DNA of 64,000 nucleotides, from contig OY740805.1 in assembly GCA_963514005.1 (NCBI GenBank), positions 21,700,001 to 21,764,000 of the forward strand, given 5' to 3'. Of the stretch, positions 60,545 through 64,000 are shown in pieces. Source of the DNA: Raja brachyura (taxonomy: Eukaryota). Both the position numbers and the translations under genes were made by a program. The notes beneath the pieces are model-generated. The model had not been told where the DNA came from. It was given only the letters and a program-made list of their open reading frames with translations, and made no database searches. Each line of letters begins with the position of its first letter. The first letter of the stretch is position 1.

Positions 60545-61090
60545 CTAGAGAATATTGTGAGCAATTTGGGGCACTATATCTGAAGGATGTGCTAGCTCTA
60601 GAGAGGATGCAGAGGAGGTTTACAACAATGATCCCAGTAATGAGTAGGTTAACCTATCATGAACATTTGTCGACACTGGGCCTGTACTCTCTGGAATTTA
60701 GAAGAATGAGGGGGGACCTCATTGAAACCTACAGAATACTAAATGGCTTGGATAGAGTGGATGTGGAGGAGATGTTTCCACTAGTGGGAGAATCTAGGAC
60801 TAGAGCCCATAGCCTCAGAATTAAAGGACGTTCCTTTAGGAAGAGGAGGAGACATTTCTTAAGGCAGAGGGTGGTAAATCCATGGAAATATTTGCCACAG
60901 AAGGCTGTGGAGGCCGTCAGTGGATATTTTGAAGTCAGAGATAGATAGATTCTTGATTAGTACAAGTGTCCGAGGTTATGGGGGGAAGGCAGGAGAATGG
61001 GGTGAGGATGGAGAGATAGATCAGTTATGATTGAATGGTGGAGTGGACTAGATGGGCCGAATGGCTTAATTCTGCACCCATTCCTTATGA
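60545..61090 (+). mobile_element. CR1 3' end
   Basis: EYCEQF...LERMQRRFT...LGLYSLEFRRMRGDLIETY. Confidence 0.9.
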
Positions 61091-63069
61091 CCTGGCCTTG
61101 AACCTGCCCTCAAGTACTGTCCGTGTGGAGTTTGCACCTTCCCCCTGTGACTGCGCTGGCTTCCTCCAGGTGCTCCAGATTCAAAATGTGATAACATTGA
61201 ACTGGTGTGAACGGGTGGTCAATGACGTGTGGATTCAGTGGTCTGAATGGCCTGATTCAATGCAATATATATTTCAAATAATCAATACCAGCCCTCTAAA
61301 AAAATAATCCCTAGACGTTATTTAAGGAATACAGGTTAATCCCAGAATCCTCATTGATATTTATCTTACAGTTGATCCCACCAAAGAACACAGATCATCT
61401 GTCGCCCATCACATTTCCCTTTGAATGAAAATTTAAAGCAGTGTTTGAGAGTGTCAGCTGTGACGACAGGTTGGACAAACTTAGATCATTTGCTCTTGTG
61501 GAGTCGGAATATGAGGGGTGTGGGGGGGGGGCTGGACACCTGATGGAAGTATATAAAATTATGAGAGACACAGAGAGGAGTAAATCTTAAAGGAATTTTT
61601 ATACAGAGAGTGGTGGGTGCTTGGAGCGTGCTGTGAGGGGACGTAGTGGAAACAGATGTAATAGCAATGTTTAAAGGCATTTAAACAGGCATATGTGCAG
61701 TACTGGTCTATGTTTTATGTTAACTAATAAATTGATTTTGACTATCGTGCCACAGCGGTTCTTTTATTTTTTATTTTTTATTATTATCTTTTTTATCTAT
61801 TTATACTCTGTTTATGGGCCTGTTAGACTGCTGCAAGTAATAATGTAATTGTTCTGTTGTTGGAACATTTAATTAGACATTTCATTAAAGAAGCTTAACT
61901 CTCTTGTCTCTCTTGGGTCCTGACACGTGAACAGGGAGGAAATGAATGGGTGTGTGGAAAGGAACACCAGATGCTGGTTTAAACCAAAGATAGACACAAA
62001 AATCTTGAGTAACTCGACGGGAAAGGCAACATCTCAGGAGAGAAGGGCTGGGTGATGTTTTGGGTCGAGATCTTTCTTCAGACTGGATAGACCATGTGCA
62101 GGAAGTTGGAATTAGTTTGTAATGACAACATGGCCAGCACAGACGTTGTGATGCTAGGGCTTGTCCCTGAGTCACCCTGCTCAATGTTCTTTGTTTATTC
62201 ATTCAATAGTGTTTACATTTCAAGAAATACTCAGTGGTTCTAAATGTTTTTGAAATGTTGTGAAAGATTTTGCAAGAATGAATCTAGATATTTTACATTT
62301 TTCTCAGTTTTTCATATTCTGATTTACATTGTAAATAATCTCATTGTGTACACACACAGAAACCAATTAACAGTATTATACTTCAAGGCCAGAGTTTATG
62401 TTCCACTTGAACCTGCATACACCCTTTATCAGTGTAACCATGTGTTGGCTTGTCACTCATTTGTTTATCGAGGCAGCTTGCTGTTAAATAAAGTTGTTAT
62501 ATTTACTTCAGCTTTTCACTATGTAGCAGATCCCCCCTGACCGAGATACGATACAGAAAAAAATCGCATCTCCGTCGAGGTAAGATATTAGAAAACGTTT
62601 CCCCCAACCCCCCTCCCCTCCCCTCCCCACGTAAAACAAGCTAACGAACACTAAAAACATACATTTAAGACAGGGGTTGACAACCTTGTTCTGCATGGGA
62701 GCCAGGACCCATGTATATGAATGGATGGCGGGCCGCATCTATCACCATAGTTGATAATTAATTAATTATAGTTTTAAAAAATCACAACAAAAATGTAACA
62801 AAAATTACCCCTGCGACAAATACGACTGAAGTGCAACACTGTGGCCGGAGCGGAATTCCTCACCGACCCCGCTGATGCTCTGTTTTCCTCCATCCCGCCT
62901 GCTGCTGGGCCCCCGAAGAAACCGCTCCAGCACCGCCTTATCGAAGCCGCTCTCAGCCCGCTGCTGTTTCACACATGCTGCAGCACCCAGGTGGGGGGCG
63001 CTTTCACTCCGGGAGGTCAGGAGGATGGAAGAGGGGGGGGGGGGGGTAGGGACAGAGAGAGAGAGGTAA

Positions 63070-63385
63070 GGGCCTGCCCCACTGTACAAGGTAATTCAAG
63101 AGCTCTCCAGAGTTTTAAAAAAAAATCAAACTCGTGGTAAGTACGTAGAATGTACGTAGCAGGTACGTCGGAGCTCGGGACGTCTCTTAGCGGCTCGTAA
63201 CGCTGACGGCAGGTACTTGGGAAACGCAGTAAGCTCGTGAAGACTCATGAAGATTGTTCAACATGCTGAAAAATGTCCACGAGAGCCCCGAGTACCTACG
63301 AGCGGCTATTACCGTAATTCTCCGAGTTCGAATCGGAGAAACTCGGGAGAACTCTTGAATTAGCTCGTACAGTGGGAAAGACCCT
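63070..63385. mobile_element. Harbinger-type MITE
   Basis: GGGCCTGCCCCACTGTAC ... GTACAGTGGGAAAGACCC termini, TAA/TGA flanks. Confidence 0.75.
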
Positions 63386-63403
63386 TGAGTCGACAGGTGT
63401 TGT

Positions 63404-63590
63404 NNNNNNNNNNNNNNNNNNNNNNNNNNNNNNNNNNNNNNNNNNNNNNNNNNNNNNNNNNNNNNNNNNNNNNNNNNNNNNNNNNNNNNNNNNNNNNNNN
63501 NNNNNNNNNNNNNNNNNNNNNNNNNNNNNNNNNNNNNNNNNNNNNNNNNNNNNNNNNNNNNNNNNNNNNNNNNNNNNNNNNNNNNNNNNN
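63404..63590. other. Assembly gap
   Basis: Run of N. Confidence 1.
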
Positions 63591-64000
63591 GTGTGTGTTT
63601 TGTGTTACGCCTGCGGGCCGGATGATTTCGGCTTCCGGGCCGTAGGTTGTCAACCCCAGGTTCAACACATACTATTGAAACACAAAGAAGAAAGGGACGG
63701 ACAGACTGTTGGCGAGGCAGCCATTGCTGGCGCCACCCAGTGGTTGGGTTGGTTAGTAAGTTTGCAGGCGCCACCCAAATTGGTGGAGTTGTGAACAGTG
63801 AAGAAGGCTGCCGTAGTGTACAATGGGAAATACATCAGCTACGGAAATGAGCAGAAAACATGCAAATGGAGTTCATTTTGAGCAAGGATGAGGTGTTACA
63901 CTTTGAGTGGTCGAACATTAAGGAAAACTATACAGTTATGGGCAAGACCCTTAAAAGCATTAATCTACAGAGAGATCTTGGGGTTGAATCTTGGGTTTCT

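Overview
This is eukaryotic, repeat-dense genomic DNA, almost certainly from a cartilaginous fish (dense HE1-like V-SINEs, CR1/HER1-like LINEs, Penelope-like elements). I found one host gene: a divergent, non-classical MHC class I alpha-chain gene on the minus strand, spanning about 38-42 kb. Its exons are leader 45007-45058, a 5'-truncated alpha1 ending at 30704, alpha2 10783-11058, alpha3 9563-9829, TM 7299-7414 and a possible terminal exon near 2633-2730, with an X/Y-box-like promoter upstream. The gene looks damaged or remodelled: the first half of alpha1 is replaced by Penelope-derived sequence that stays in frame, the TM exon appears to lack one base, and several peptide-anchoring residues and the N86 glycan site are lost. 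The alpha1-alpha2 intron holds a young full-length Ty3/Gypsy element (18213-26577) with an AGAC TSD, tRNA-Pro PBS, -1 frameshift pseudoknot and frameshifted pol. The same intron holds a four-level nested insertion (SINE > solo LTR > CR1 > antisense CR1) and a two-gene PIF/Harbinger remnant. A young Penelope element (58452-60035) and many short, often palindromic derivatives carry minimal hammerhead-ribozyme cores. There are three N gaps. Most short ORFs in the supplied track are chance or repeat-derived.
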